From positions 128,001 to 192,000 of the forward strand of contig CAWHXP010000003.1 in assembly GCA_963833425.1 (NCBI GenBank): a DNA stretch of 64,000 bases, read 5' to 3'. The DNA comes from an uncultured Methanosarcinaceae archaeon (GTDB taxonomy: Archaea; Halobacteriota; Methanosarcinia; Methanosarcinales; Methanosarcinaceae). The position numbers and the translations under genes are program-made. The notes below the pieces were generated by a model. That model saw only the letters and a list, made by a program, of their open reading frames with translations, was not told the DNA's origin and did no database searches. Below, in pieces: positions 48,480 to 59,884 of this stretch. The stretch's first letter is position 1; every line of letters begins with the position of its first letter.

Positions 48480-48985
48480 TATAGCTTATCACTTTACTTG
48501 TCCCTAAAGGACTACAATTGTCTCTAATAGAGTCTATCTGTAGACAAGTTTGAGCCTTCTCTGGCTCATATCCTTTTCGCGCTTTTATCCAGTTTTCCTT
48601 ACCCCATTTTTTACCGTACATCATTTCCATTGAGAAGGAAAGCATCAACTCTTCAAAAGTGTCTACATCTTTATATCCCCCTCAATGTACCAGATCATGT
48701 TGTGTACCTCCCGCAACCAGCTTGAATAAGAATCCAATAACCTGATGAAAGCTTCGTATTCTGACATACCCATAATCCGTATAAAGAAATCGATACATAA
48801 TTCTTGAAGCTGATCTTGCCTAGGTAACCATACACAATCGCTTACATCTTTTGAGTGATGCCAATACCACACTCCAGCATCATCGTCTATTGTATCGTAA
48901 ATGTAATCTCCGTTTTCGTAGCTCCACTTAAGCTGGATTTCCTTCGCAAGCGAACACATTTTAATATATTTATCTGGTAGTCCAT
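48480..48985 (-). pseudogene. Hypothetical protein with WLPRQDQLQE motif, frameshifted at both ends
   Basis: GAGG RBS and ATG 48985 are out of frame with the 98-aa core; the tail continues in another frame after ~48665. Confidence 0.55.
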
Positions 48986-49253
48986 TTTACCATCCTCGAA
49001 ATGAATTGTCTATTAATGGGTTAAAAGGATACCCTGAGCTATGTGAAAGTATTCAAATACTATCTTTAATTTAGTTTATTATATTTATTAAAATTTTTTT
49101 CTGTTATGTTCCAGAAATATTGACGTATTTTATAATGACAGTTTTTGTGGTGAAAACAAAGAGTACAGAGCCATTCAGAATACACATAGCTTTCGGTACA
49201 CAGCCGATTTTAGTTTTAGTGCTAACTTATAGACTATTTTTAAAAATACTGTA

Positions 49254-50385
49254 GAGGATTTCGATAAACTTCGGATTTTATTTCTTAGCAGTAATTTCTC
49301 AGATCTTCCCCTCAATTTCTCTATTTAATCCCTCTTTTTGGCTCTACTATTCTCAATTCTTTGATTTTAAAGATAGCTTCCGCTATCTTCAATATACTTT
49401 TTTTATTTCCAATGTCCTCAATTGATGGAGATTATAACAAAAAGCCGTACACAACATTTTTAGATTTACTCTTTTAACAGTAGTAACAAAAACTCTTCCT
49501 GCTTTGAAAATTTCTTTCGTTACTGAATAAACTCTTTCCCCTGGGACTCTTTTTGAGCTAATTCTCTTATTTCTTAATATATCCTTTATTCCCAACGTAT
49601 GTCCTTTGACCGCTCTTTTCATTGTTATATTATACCCTTTCGTTTTTGCTCCAAAGTATCCTCTGTCCTTATAAACCACTTCATTTTCCTCTGTCAAATC
49701 TACATACGAATCATGTACTGACGCAGTTGTTGTTTGAATCTTCTGATCAGCTCATAATCTCTGTCTATTATATTATGAAGCTTATATCCAAAGTGAGACT
49801 TACCTCCCTTCTTTGTCCAGGTTCCGTCTCTGTTTCTTCTTGTTTTTGCCTCATCTCTCTGCTTTTGCATGTCATGGATCTGAATGGATAAAAGTAACAT
49901 CCTGAATCAGTCCATGCTTTATCTGGAAACCCAGAGTATCAAGTTGGCTTTGCAACTTTTCCCATATTTTCTTTGAAATGCTCGATAATTCTCTCCCTAA
50001 ATAGCCATACAGTAGTACTGTAAGGTATGTATTCCGGAAATCCAAGGAATTTCCTAAAAGAAATTCGATCTATACACTGTTTGTCAAGTTCAAAATCAGA
50101 GAGCACATGCCATTGTTGTAAAACAAGCATTTTGAACATCACAATGACATCAGTTTCGGATCTCCCTCCTGAAACGGTTTTGTTAATATACATAGACTCA
50201 AGAATAATACGAAACGCTTTCCAATCAATTCATGAATAAATTTCAGCAAGCTTACCTCCAACAGATTCAAGACGTTTATACTCTTCTTTAAGAGCAAAAT
50301 CAGTAAGAGTTTTCATGAATATACATAAATATTGACAAATTTAAAGTCAACCATGCTCATGAGCATGGAGTTTATCGAAATTCTC
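49254..50385 (-). mobile_element. IS5-family element, defective transposase, copy 2
   Basis: Same TIRs as copy 1; TSD TGTA (49250-49253, 50386-50389); retains VYKDRGYFG. Confidence 0.93.
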
Positions 50386-50519
50386 TGTAGAATACAATTT
50401 AAACATTTGTATGCTTGGAGTTCTCGTCTTTCAAAAACAAGATATAATATCAACCAAATACTACATAGGACCAAAAAATTCAATATTTAGATATCAGATC
50501 CTGAAAATTACAAATCGTT

Positions 50520-50630
50520 CCTACAATTGCTGTGACATCTTGCAGGGTCACAGAAAGGATTACATAATTATTATTTTACTAGATAAACATTAATTAATTT
50601 TAAGTAGTGACAAATAATATAGTTGTTTTG
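50520..50630 (+). repeat. Dispersed repeat, copy 2 (see 29470-29580)
   Basis: ttgctgtgacatcttgcaggg...tattattttac...tatagttgt. Confidence 0.75.
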
Positions 50631-51359
50631 GGTCTTTACTGTAGTTATTAAATTACTAAGTATGCTTATATTCGCCTTTAAGAACAAGATCAACAAAGGT
50701 CTCCATAAGTAATAATTATTGTCAATAGGTTTAAAGATCTCCCATATTCAAATAATAGGAGTCCATAAGGATTCTCTATGAAATTTAAGCGAAAAAGATC
50801 TCTAGCGCTTCTATCACTATTAATGAATATATAAACTTAAAGATATACTTCAAAAAACAAAAAAAAAAAATCATAACATCATTTCGTGGAGAATAAACAT
50901 AATTCCTCTTATAATTTCAAAATGTGGAATATTGTAGAGCGATTACACAAATTTGAATTAAGGTTTATGGATGATTTTTGTGAACTATTGAGGTAAAATT
51001 TTAATTGAATAAGAATGATCTTTTTTGGCTCAGCAAATCTGAACCACTGTTTTAACATTAAATTAAATTGTTAAATTAGGACTGAATCAAATTTTTCCTA
51101 GGTAAAAGATAAAATTGTTTAGCTTTCAAAAGAGTAGGTGAATAGTCACATTTTCGCTATTATCAAAAGCAGTGAAAATTTAAATATAAATAAAAAATAA
51201 TTATAGTAATATATCTGTTTTGTGAAATAAAGTAGAATGGATTTCCAAAATGAAAGTTTTCACAATCAAACAATTGTAAAACAAATAAAGGACAGTTTGT
51301 ACCGCTTAATATAATAAGCAACTTAATATACATGATTTACACAAATATTTTCGATCACC

Positions 51360-52850
51360 GTGTCAGAGCAAAGAAGTATACCTCTAAAAGAGCATCTATT
51401 AACCCTGAAGTCCTGCAAGCATGGAGGGCTAATTCAGGAAACTTCTGAGACTTACGGGATTCCTGAAAGCGAAATTCTTGACTTCAGTACAAACTTAAAT
51501 CCCCTAGGAAATCCCTTTGAGAATAAGGAAAGCGGATTAAACTTGGATAGCCTTCTCAAAAAGAGTATCGGAAAACTTATGGAGTATCCAGATAATAGGT
51601 ATCTCGAGTTTAGGGAAGCTGCTGCAAGGTTTATAGGGCTCGGAGTAACTCCACTGAATATTATTCCGGGTAACGGTTCCACGGAAATCATCAGGCTTTT
51701 AGTCGAATGCCTGGTTGAAAAAGGGGATAGCGTTCTTCTCCCATGGCCCACTTTTGGGGAATATGAAACGCAATGCCAAATTATGGGAGCAAGACTCGAA
51801 TATCCCAAACAGGAAGATATAGAAACACTTCCGAATGAGGTTCTTGAGAGAGCAAAAATCCTTTTTATTTGTAACCCGAATAACCCAACCGGAAAGCTCC
51901 GTACCAAAGAAGAAATTAAAGCTCTTGCAGAGCGTTGCAGAAATTATGGAACGCTTCTTTTCGTAGACGAGGCTTTTATCGAACTCTCTGCCCCATCTCA
52001 GAGTGTTGCAGATCTAGCAGCAATAAATAACTACGTTTTTGTTCTTCGCTCCCTTACGAAGGATTTTGCAATTCCAGGAATAAGGATGGGCTTCGGAATA
52101 GCTTCCTCTGAAATGGCTGAAATCCTAAATGCCTCAAGGCTCTCCTGGAACCTTGGTACCGTGGCAAATGCTATAGGAACTGCTCTTCTTAACATCGAAG
52201 GCGGTATAAATAATCCATATCTAGAAAAAGCAAGAGCTTTAATCAGAGAAGAAGGAGGAAAACTCAAAGCTAAACTCGACAAAATTAGGGGATTCGAAGC
52301 AGGGGAAGCAAATGTAAATTTTATTTTTGTTGATATCAGCAAATTCATTCTTGATTCCAGCAAATTGAGTGCATGCCTTGCAGCTCGTGGAGTTCTTATC
52401 CGGGACTGTGTCTCTTTCCGGGGCCTTGGAAAAGGATACATAAGAATCGCAGTCCGGACAGCAGAAGAAAATGACAAGCTCATTGCTGCAATAGGGGATG
52501 TTGTTTCCCAGTGGGGCAAAGAACAGGCAAAGAATGAACTACAGAATGTAATTGAAAAAGCCTCTGAAATAGAAATTGAAGGTAGAAAGACCTGTGAATA
52601 CTATCCCTGTCATTTTGAAGGCCAAAACTGTACTTTCTGCTTCTGTCCTTTTTATCCGTGTGAGAACGAATGCACAAGGGGGAAGTGGATAACAAGTTCA
52701 GGGGGCAGCAAAGTATGGAGTTGTATAGACTGCCATATTGTTCACAATAAGGAAATAGCCCGAAAAATTCTTGACAGCCTCATGCAGAAAGGAGATGCCG
52801 ATGAACTTGTGAAAATAGCCTGGAAAAAAGTGGTGGAGCCGAGGTTATGA
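51360..52850 (+). CDS. cobD: L-threonine-O-3-phosphate decarboxylase with C-terminal Cys-rich domain
   Basis: HGG, LDFSTNLNPLG, CNPNNPTG, VDEAFIEL, RSLTKDFAIPGIRMG; tail CEYYPCHFEGQNCTFCFCPFYPC...CIDC. Confidence 0.92.
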   Translation: MSEQRSIPLKEHLLTLKSCKHGGLIQETSETYGIPESEILDFSTNLNPLGNPFENKESGLNLDSLLKKSIGKLMEYPDNRYLEFREAAARFIGLGVTPLNIIPGNGSTEIIRLLVECLVEKGDSVLLPWPTFGEYETQCQIMGARLEYPKQEDIETLPNEVLERAKILFICNPNNPTGKLRTKEEIKALAERCRNYGTLLFVDEAFIELSAPSQSVADLAAINNYVFVLRSLTKDFAIPGIRMGFGIASSEMAEILNASRLSWNLGTVANAIGTALLNIEGGINNPYLEKARALIREEGGKLKAKLDKIRGFEAGEANVNFIFVDISKFILDSSKLSACLAARGVLIRDCVSFRGLGKGYIRIAVRTAEENDKLIAAIGDVVSQWGKEQAKNELQNVIEKASEIEIEGRKTCEYYPCHFEGQNCTFCFCPFYPCENECTRGKWITSSGGSKVWSCIDCHIVHNKEIARKILDSLMQKGDADELVKIAWKKVVEPRL

Positions 52851-53833
52851 TTATACCAGATAGCGGCCACTTGGCTCTGGTACTTTTGCTGGCAACAACT
52901 ATAGACATCGTTTTTGGAGAACCTCCGGCTGCTGTGCACCCGGTTGTATGGATGGGAAAATTAATTAATTTTCTTAAAAATATAGCTCCAAAAATCCACA
53001 GAAAATTTTATGGAATTATAATGGCTCTCTGTTGTGTTTTTTTCGCAGCTTCACTTGGTTATTTGGTTCTATACATTGCAGCTCTCCCTGGAATTCCAAG
53101 TATTATTGCACTCTTTATAGAAGCTTATTTCTTGAAGGCTACATTTGCCATCAAAAGTCTCCTTAGTCCGGCAAGGGAGATTTACAAGCACCTTGAAGAA
53201 AACAGGCTTGAAAAAGTCCGGGAACTACTCCCTATATACGTAAGCCGGAACACTTCCAAACTGACCAAGACCCAGATGTCTTCTGCAGTTATCGAATCCG
53301 TATCCGAGAATTACGTAGACTGCATCTTGAGCCCCATTTTATATTATGTTCTTTTCGGAGAATTCGGACTTGTCGCTGCATATGCATTCAAAGCTATAAG
53401 TACCCTAGATTCCATGGTTGGATATACTACCAAACAGTATAAGGAACTTGGGTACTTCTCGGCAAAATCAGATGATGCATTGAATTGGATTCCGGCTCGA
53501 ATATCTGTTATATTTATTCTTGCAGCAGCTCTTATAGTAGCTATAATCCCGAAAAAGCAAGGAAAGATAAACCCCTTTAATAGTATCAGGAGTGTCCTGG
53601 AAGATGGCATGAAAACCCCGTCTCCTAATTCCGGTTACCCTATGGCTGCGACTGCAGGAGCTCTCGGAGTCAAACTCGAAAAACCTGATCATTACATTTT
53701 GGGAGCATTATACCCTCCCACTGAAATAAAGGATATAAAAAGAGTATCCCAATTAATAGCAATTGCTTCAGGATTCTCACTTGCTGCCTTTATGGCAGTA
53801 ATTCAGATAGCAGAGATTCATTCATGCCTATAA
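52847..53833 (+). CDS. cbiB: Adenosylcobinamide-phosphate synthase
   Basis: GEPPAAVHPVVWMG, ESVSEN, TLDSMVGY, NWIPAR, SPNSGYPMAA. Confidence 0.93.
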   Translation: MIIPDSGHLALVLLLATTIDIVFGEPPAAVHPVVWMGKLINFLKNIAPKIHRKFYGIIMALCCVFFAASLGYLVLYIAALPGIPSIIALFIEAYFLKATFAIKSLLSPAREIYKHLEENRLEKVRELLPIYVSRNTSKLTKTQMSSAVIESVSENYVDCILSPILYYVLFGEFGLVAAYAFKAISTLDSMVGYTTKQYKELGYFSAKSDDALNWIPARISVIFILAAALIVAIIPKKQGKINPFNSIRSVLEDGMKTPSPNSGYPMAATAGALGVKLEKPDHYILGALYPPTEIKDIKRVSQLIAIASGFSLAAFMAVIQIAEIHSCL

Positions 53834-53994
53834 TTCCTTCTTTATTTTGTCAGAGCCGAGTGTTGTCACGATATGGATTTTGTGCCGAAATAAAATTTTG
53901 AGAAAAGCGGAGCAAGCCGAAGAACGCTAATCTACCAGAAGCATTAAAATCCATCCATAAACAATAAATTCACTACTATAGATGTATACAAAAG

Positions 53995-54120
53995 TGCCAT
54001 CCATTTTCTCAATATGACAATTAGCTTCAAAATTAATCTGACTTTCAATGAATATATGGTAGGCAAATAGGCAAACAAATTCTACATCTGTGTATAATAT
54101 GCAGAATGTAGGATAAATCA
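53995..54120 (+). repeat. Dispersed repeat, copy 2 (see 11435-11555), inside the cob cluster
   Basis: ctcaatatgacaa...aaaattaatctgactttcaatga. Confidence 0.75.
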
Positions 54121-54200
54121 GAATGAAGTTAAACTCGATTTATAGAATCAATAACTTACTAAAGTTTACCTAGGCAGGATAAAAATCACAATGTGATCTT

Positions 54201-54764
54201 ATGAAGTTATCAGATATTGATGAAAGGAACCTGAAAAAAGAGAAGTCTGAAAAAGTAGAGGGTAGAGCTATAATTGATATACTCGATGTCCTTTCTGAAG
54301 AGGGTATCAGTATCCAGGATCTTGTAGATACTGCTCTCGAAATGTATATCCCACATCCTGGGCTTGAAACAAGGGAAAAAGCTGAATATTTATTTAAAAG
54401 AGAACTCAAATATGCTCTTTCGGACCCAAATCTATGTATTTTGATTTATTCAGGGATTCTGCTTGAGAGGGAAGGCAGGATAGGAAATCTTCCGAATATT
54501 AGTAAAAATTCCTATGAAAAAGACATGAGTTTCATAATTGCAGACGAAGTTCTTGGAACAAGTATTGCAACCTACATCAGTGGCTCCAAAGGAGCATTCG
54601 AGTTTGTAAGGTACGACAAACAAAAGCCAGGAATTCTTTCAAACCTGGGACCATTTATTGATGATGTGATAGGGGGTCTTATAGGGGGGGTATCCTCCAG
54701 TATGTATTCAAGAGGTCTGGCAGAATTCGGAAAGAAAAATTGGGAATCAGGCGAAGCCCTATGA
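54201..54764 (+). CDS. cobZ: Alpha-ribazole-phosphate phosphatase, archaeal type
   Basis: [38 protein letters not shown]; cob cluster context. Confidence 0.85.
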   Translation: MKLSDIDERNLKKEKSEKVEGRAIIDILDVLSEEGISIQDLVDTALEMYIPHPGLETREKAEYLFKRELKYALSDPNLCILIYSGILLEREGRIGNLPNISKNSYEKDMSFIIADEVLGTSIATYISGSKGAFEFVRYDKQKPGILSNLGPFIDDVIGGLIGGVSSSMYSRGLAEFGKKNWESGEAL

Positions 54765-55561
54765 ATTCATTTTTACTTGCTTTTAAATCAAGTTTGGGGT
54801 TCCTGTCCACTATTCCTGTGGGAATCAGTATGGAGGGGATTAATGAGCTTATGGGGAAAATATATTTATACCCCATTGCAGGAGCAGTGCTTGGTTTTCT
54901 CATAGGAACAGTAGCATACGTAGGGCAGATAATTATTCCGGGAGCTATTCTTGCAGCCCTTATCATGGGATTCATATATTATATAACGGGTTTTAATCAT
55001 CTTGACGGAGTCACTGATATAGGTGACGGTTTTATGGCTCACGGGTCACTTGAAAAAAAAATAAAGGCTTTGAAGGACACGAACCTCGGAACTGGGGGAG
55101 TTTCCTTCTGCATTCTGCTGTTACTTACTTTGTACGGTTCGATAAGAGCAATCCAAGAAGAAGGTTCAGTTGTCGGATATAAACTCCCAACGTTGATGTT
55201 CGCATCAATGTTTATCGCAGAGGTTAGTGCAAAGCAATCCATGCTTACAATCGCTGCTTTTGGAAAGCCTATACCTCTCCAGGGAAACAAGGCTTATCCG
55301 AGCCTTGGAACAATGACTATAAACGGAGCAACCAAACAAAATTTCCTTATAGGACTTGTGTTCGGAGCTATTTTGTGTTCTCTGCCTTTTGGGTGGATAG
55401 GTCTATTCCCCTATCTGGGGGCATGTGTCTCTGCTCTGGCAATTCTTAACAGGAGCTATGCCCATTTTGGCGGTTTAAACGGAGACGGGATAGGTGTTGC
55501 TAACGAAATAGGTAGGGTGACTGCCCTGAGTATTATCGCAGTTATCCTGAAATTTCATTAA
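54761..55561 (+). CDS. cobS: Adenosylcobinamide-GDP ribazoletransferase (cobalamin synthase)
   Basis: [43 protein letters not shown] 54761 overlaps the cobZ stop. Confidence 0.93.
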   Translation: MNSFLLAFKSSLGFLSTIPVGISMEGINELMGKIYLYPIAGAVLGFLIGTVAYVGQIIIPGAILAALIMGFIYYITGFNHLDGVTDIGDGFMAHGSLEKKIKALKDTNLGTGGVSFCILLLLTLYGSIRAIQEEGSVVGYKLPTLMFASMFIAEVSAKQSMLTIAAFGKPIPLQGNKAYPSLGTMTINGATKQNFLIGLVFGAILCSLPFGWIGLFPYLGACVSALAILNRSYAHFGGLNGDGIGVANEIGRVTALSIIAVILKFH

Positions 55562-55583
55562 ATAGATACATGAGAGATTTGGA

Positions 55584-56195
55584 ATGGATGCTATTGTAAT
55601 GGCAGGAGGATTGGGACAACGGCTTGGAATGGGGGAAAAACCGTGTGTTGAATTACTTGGAAAACCACTCATAAGCTATGTGATAGATACCCTCATAACC
55701 ACAAAGAATATAGATCGTGTCTTTGTAGCAGTATCTCCTGCAACCCCTAAGACCGAAATTATGATTCAGGAATATTATAAAGGAGAAATTCAAGTAATCA
55801 GGACCTTTGGAGGGAACTACGTAGGGGATATGATTTATGCAGTAGAAATTTCGCAAACAACTGGTTCAGTAATGATTATTATGTCAGATCTTCCCCTGAT
55901 AGATTCAGAGCTTATAGATTCGATAATTGAGAAATACTGGGAAGCAGAAAAACCGGCACTTTCAGTATATGTCCCAATAAATATCTGCAAGGGAGCTGGA
56001 ATCAGGCCTGGAACGGTTTTCAACAAGGACGGCAAACTAATTGTACCTACCGGGATTAATATTCTGGACAGTTCTCAAATCAGAAACGAACAGGAAGACT
56101 TTAATCTTATACTTGAGGATCCCAAATTAGCAACAAACGTGAATACTGTACAAGACCTCCAACGCTGCAGGAATTTACTGCAGTGCAAAAACTAA
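55584..56195 (+). CDS. cobY: GTP:adenosylcobinamide-phosphate guanylyltransferase
   Basis: MAGGLGQRLGMGEKP, SDLP, PTGINI, NVNT..DL. Confidence 0.88.
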   Translation: MDAIVMAGGLGQRLGMGEKPCVELLGKPLISYVIDTLITTKNIDRVFVAVSPATPKTEIMIQEYYKGEIQVIRTFGGNYVGDMIYAVEISQTTGSVMIIMSDLPLIDSELIDSIIEKYWEAEKPALSVYVPINICKGAGIRPGTVFNKDGKLIVPTGINILDSSQIRNEQEDFNLILEDPKLATNVNTVQDLQRCRNLLQCKN

Positions 56196-56499
56196 AATTT
56201 GCTAGAAATATCATGTATTCTATCTTTTAAAAACCTAAAATTCAAAATCTGTTTCATGATCAACAAATCTCCCACTAAATAATGGATCTATTTGGGAATC
56301 GAAGCACTATTTTTGGGAAGGCTCGGAAATTAAGAGCTTTAAAGTATTTTGTTGCATTTTGTCATGGAAATTTAATCATTGAACATGGTACTTGGATAGT
56401 TCTTCGTTAGCATAAGGGGTTCACAGCTTATTTAGGTGGTCCATGATTAAATTTTTAGGACACGTTAATATCTTAATCCGTTTCTAAAGTGATCTCAAT

Positions 56500-57706
56500 C
56501 TAAGAGGGAAAGATGTAAGCTATATTCATTGGAACATAATTCCACAACCTCCATGTGCCATCGCCTTGCCAGTCGAGGACTCGTCCATCGTGCATAGGGA
56601 CTAGGGTATGCCCAGCTACAATAGACTCCCACTTCCCCTTTCGGGGACACTTATATGGCGGTGGACCACTTGGACTGACCGACATGATCTTAAGTAGATT
56701 TCGATAGGTATTCAACACCTGACTAGTCTGAGTATAATCTGGGTCATAAACAACGGATACACCTAACGACCTGGTAAAGACCGAAGCATTGGTCGGAATC
56801 GGTACTGCTGTAGGGTCTCCCTACGCTCCTTTCCAGGCTATTTCAGTCACAGGAACGTTGAAAATCGAGGGATCGATTACCAGGATACCTGATCCGGGCA
56901 CCTGCACAGTCGGCGCCACATGCCACCCCCAAGAAACTATACAGTTTGGGTTGTTAATGGTTGGGGTATTCAGGTCACCGTAGATCCATACCTTATCAGG
57001 CTCGACACCCGCTGCAATCATCAGCCTGCACATCTCATGAGCTCGTACCCAGCATCCATCGTCAGGGTACATAAAAGGAATACATGGCGCTGCCGCGCTG
57101 GCAGGACTGCAGGTCTTGGTGCTGACTAAGTCAAAAAGCTCTTGAACCTTTTGTGGTGATATCGAGACTAATTTTGAGGCTTCACTCACCGGCTTGGCGC
57201 ATCACCTCAGCCAGTGCCATAGGATTTGGGTTGGGCTTGATATCTATGATATCATGAGTGTTTAGTGCCTCTGTAACCAGTACATCCTTATCTTCATCCT
57301 TTGCTTTTTTCAAGGCATCCGATAACTTCTGGAAATCCGGGTTTGACCGCTTTATATAGTGCTTGGCATGAGAGACTATCAGCTCTACTTCGAAATCAGC
57401 ATTTTCTAAAGGTGTGACGATCCCTACTTTCACGGACAGCGGAACTAACACTTCTGTTATAACATTAGTTTGAGGATCGATCTCCACATAGACGGCCTGG
57501 TTTGAATGGCTTATGTTGTCAAGTACCTCCTTCCATACGAACGATCTGTGATCTTTCAACTCTAGGTTACCGGATCCTCCACCCTTAAAATTCACCTCAA
57601 TAACCTCAACTGACGGCTTTCCTGGCAATGCGGCTGCGGCTTCATTCGGTGAAGAAATGCCCCTCACCCCGTCCACAACCACATTTGGCTTTGCCATCTT
57701 TTCCAT
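56500..57706 (-). pseudogene. Protein-glutaminase (protein-glutamine deamidase) domain protein, split
   Basis: CIPFMYPDDGCWVRAHEMC, WGWHVAP, VIDPS catalytic Cys/His/Asp motifs; frame break at 57182-57189, in-frame TAG at 56821-56823. Confidence 0.75.
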
Positions 57707-58465
57707 TCTTTATGCCCCCTCAAATTGGATCTTCGATTCAAGACTTATTCAAACATTTTATCCAAAATACTTAGCAAGATGTCATTCTGTATTATTTTGT
57801 TGTGTTCATGAGTTATTGATTAAATTTGACAAAGAGAGTAGACTCACATTATTTGTCCAGGTTGAGATGTTCTTTTTGGTTTGTGGTTTTCAGTAACTTG
57901 CTCCACGATCCGTAAGTTTCATCTCCTTTAAGTGCTTTCGTTTAGGACTTAAGCACTTGAGGTGCAAAAACAAGTACAATAAACATCCCGATTTAAATCA
58001 ACAATTAACCGGTAAAGGTTCAATGCTATCTATTATTTAGTAAATTGTTAAGTCCTACTATAATCTGTATTTATGTAATGATCAATAATGAAAAACCAAT
58101 ATATATCTATGACGACAGGTTATAACACTACGCGAATAAATTTGGAAACTTTTATTATCTTCATGCCTTCGATTTTTACTTGAAACGAACATGAAATTCT
58201 TCGAATAACAGGCACAAAAAATGAAAGTACTTTTTAGAGCCATATGTATCATTCATTTTAGGTAATCACGAGTAAAGACCTAAAACAGCTTCTTTAGATC
58301 GGTTTTGATTGTGTGATACAAAAGTTTCATCATGGTTCATGACATATTTTAAAATATAAATGCCCTCTAAACTATTCTTTGCAATTAAAGTAACGTACTG
58401 CAAAATAAGATAGTTAGCAAATCTGCAAAAGAATAAGATCCTGATTTTTTAAGAGGTGTGTAGAA

Positions 58466-58954
58466 GTGTATCAGGAAACTAAAAAGCAAATTGAAGACTT
58501 GATTTCCGAATCCGATATCCTGATGGAATCTTTGCGTAAATTTTTATATTTAGTACCCATTCAGTACGACCCTTTCCTTAGCTTTGGGCCCTTTAGCATA
58601 TCTGACCTGCCTAAAATGTGGGATTATGACCTTGAAGTCAATACCAACCCTTATGATGGGGAGCCAATTCCTCTACATTATAGGTGGTTTAAATTGACTA
58701 ACGACCAGTTTATTGAGCAAGATGAACTATTTAGAAGATACATAACCTGGGCTGCGTCCGCCAGAAACCTAATTGAGAAATTTTTGCCTGAAAAATTGGC
58801 TTTTTTTGATGAAAAGTCCGAAATCGTTAGAAAATGGATCGAAATGAGCGAACCTTTACCTTCGGATGACAGTGCAGAAATGTTTTTTAGATTTAGAAAA
58901 CACTTTGTAAGCCAGCAAACTATTGTTTCCGCTTTATTGAAGCAAATTAAATAA
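58466..58954 (+). CDS. Hypothetical protein
   Basis: 162-aa ORF with GAGGTG RBS before GTG; no motif recognised. Confidence 0.6.
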   Translation: MYQETKKQIEDLISESDILMESLRKFLYLVPIQYDPFLSFGPFSISDLPKMWDYDLEVNTNPYDGEPIPLHYRWFKLTNDQFIEQDELFRRYITWAASARNLIEKFLPEKLAFFDEKSEIVRKWIEMSEPLPSDDSAEMFFRFRKHFVSQQTIVSALLKQIK

Positions 58955-59884
58955 TAAATATTTTTCAAACTAAAATAACGAATGAGCTCCTTGCAGAAAA
59001 TGTCAGTCTTGCTTTATCGATAGATTAAACTAGGATCTATTTTCAAAAATGATTGGAGTCGTATTAATTGGGGTGACTGTTTTCTATTAAAGTGAAAACC
59101 TATCAACGGAATTACGTCTCCAATCGAGCTGTTCTGAATCGGCCCACCTATAAGAAATGAAACTTGTTCTTTCTCGTTCAATTCAACCCAAATTTAAAAG
59201 GAACATACATTTTAGAATGTATGAATAGCTTCATGCTTCTGTTTTGGGATCCTATTGTGGAAATAAGTCAACATTTATACTAATTTATAATTAAATATCT
59301 GTTGGGTTAGAATATGTTAATATGGTATGTTTTTACCAATATATATAGAATGAAACTATTAGATATATTTATGATTAAAATTTCATAATTTTAAAATATT
59401 AATCTAAAAGTCCAAATTTATGAAAAAAGTAAGAGAGAACTAATTCTAAAGTGTTTATATAGGAGTGGGAAATTGATGGTCGAATATCGTTCTTTTGATA
59501 TGAAGCAAAACTCAAGTGGTAGAGACATAATACTTGAAGAATTCAATAAGTTGTTTGAGGATTTCATAGAAAAAGTAATAATGCTCAGGATTTGGAGATT
59601 TTGAAATCCCTGGAACTGGAAAAATTACTTTCAACAATATAGTTATTGCAGAAAGTGGTGCCTACACCTGGAAGCCACACGGACGGTATACATATAACTA
59701 ACTTGATTAGATAGTTGTAACCGTCTTTCGACTAAAGGGACCAGGAAAAGAAGAATTTATAGAAAAGGTCCTTGACTTTGCTTGTAATATTCAATATGGA
59801 AATTTAAGGCTCCAAACTCTTGACTACTTGTTCCGATTCTGGAGGGACAAAAAAAGTAGAATTTATAGAAAAGGCTATTTATTC

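Noticed and set aside
50640..51359. Cobalamin riboswitch upstream of cobD
   Set aside because: Very AT-rich with no B12-box-like motif or stable stems visible
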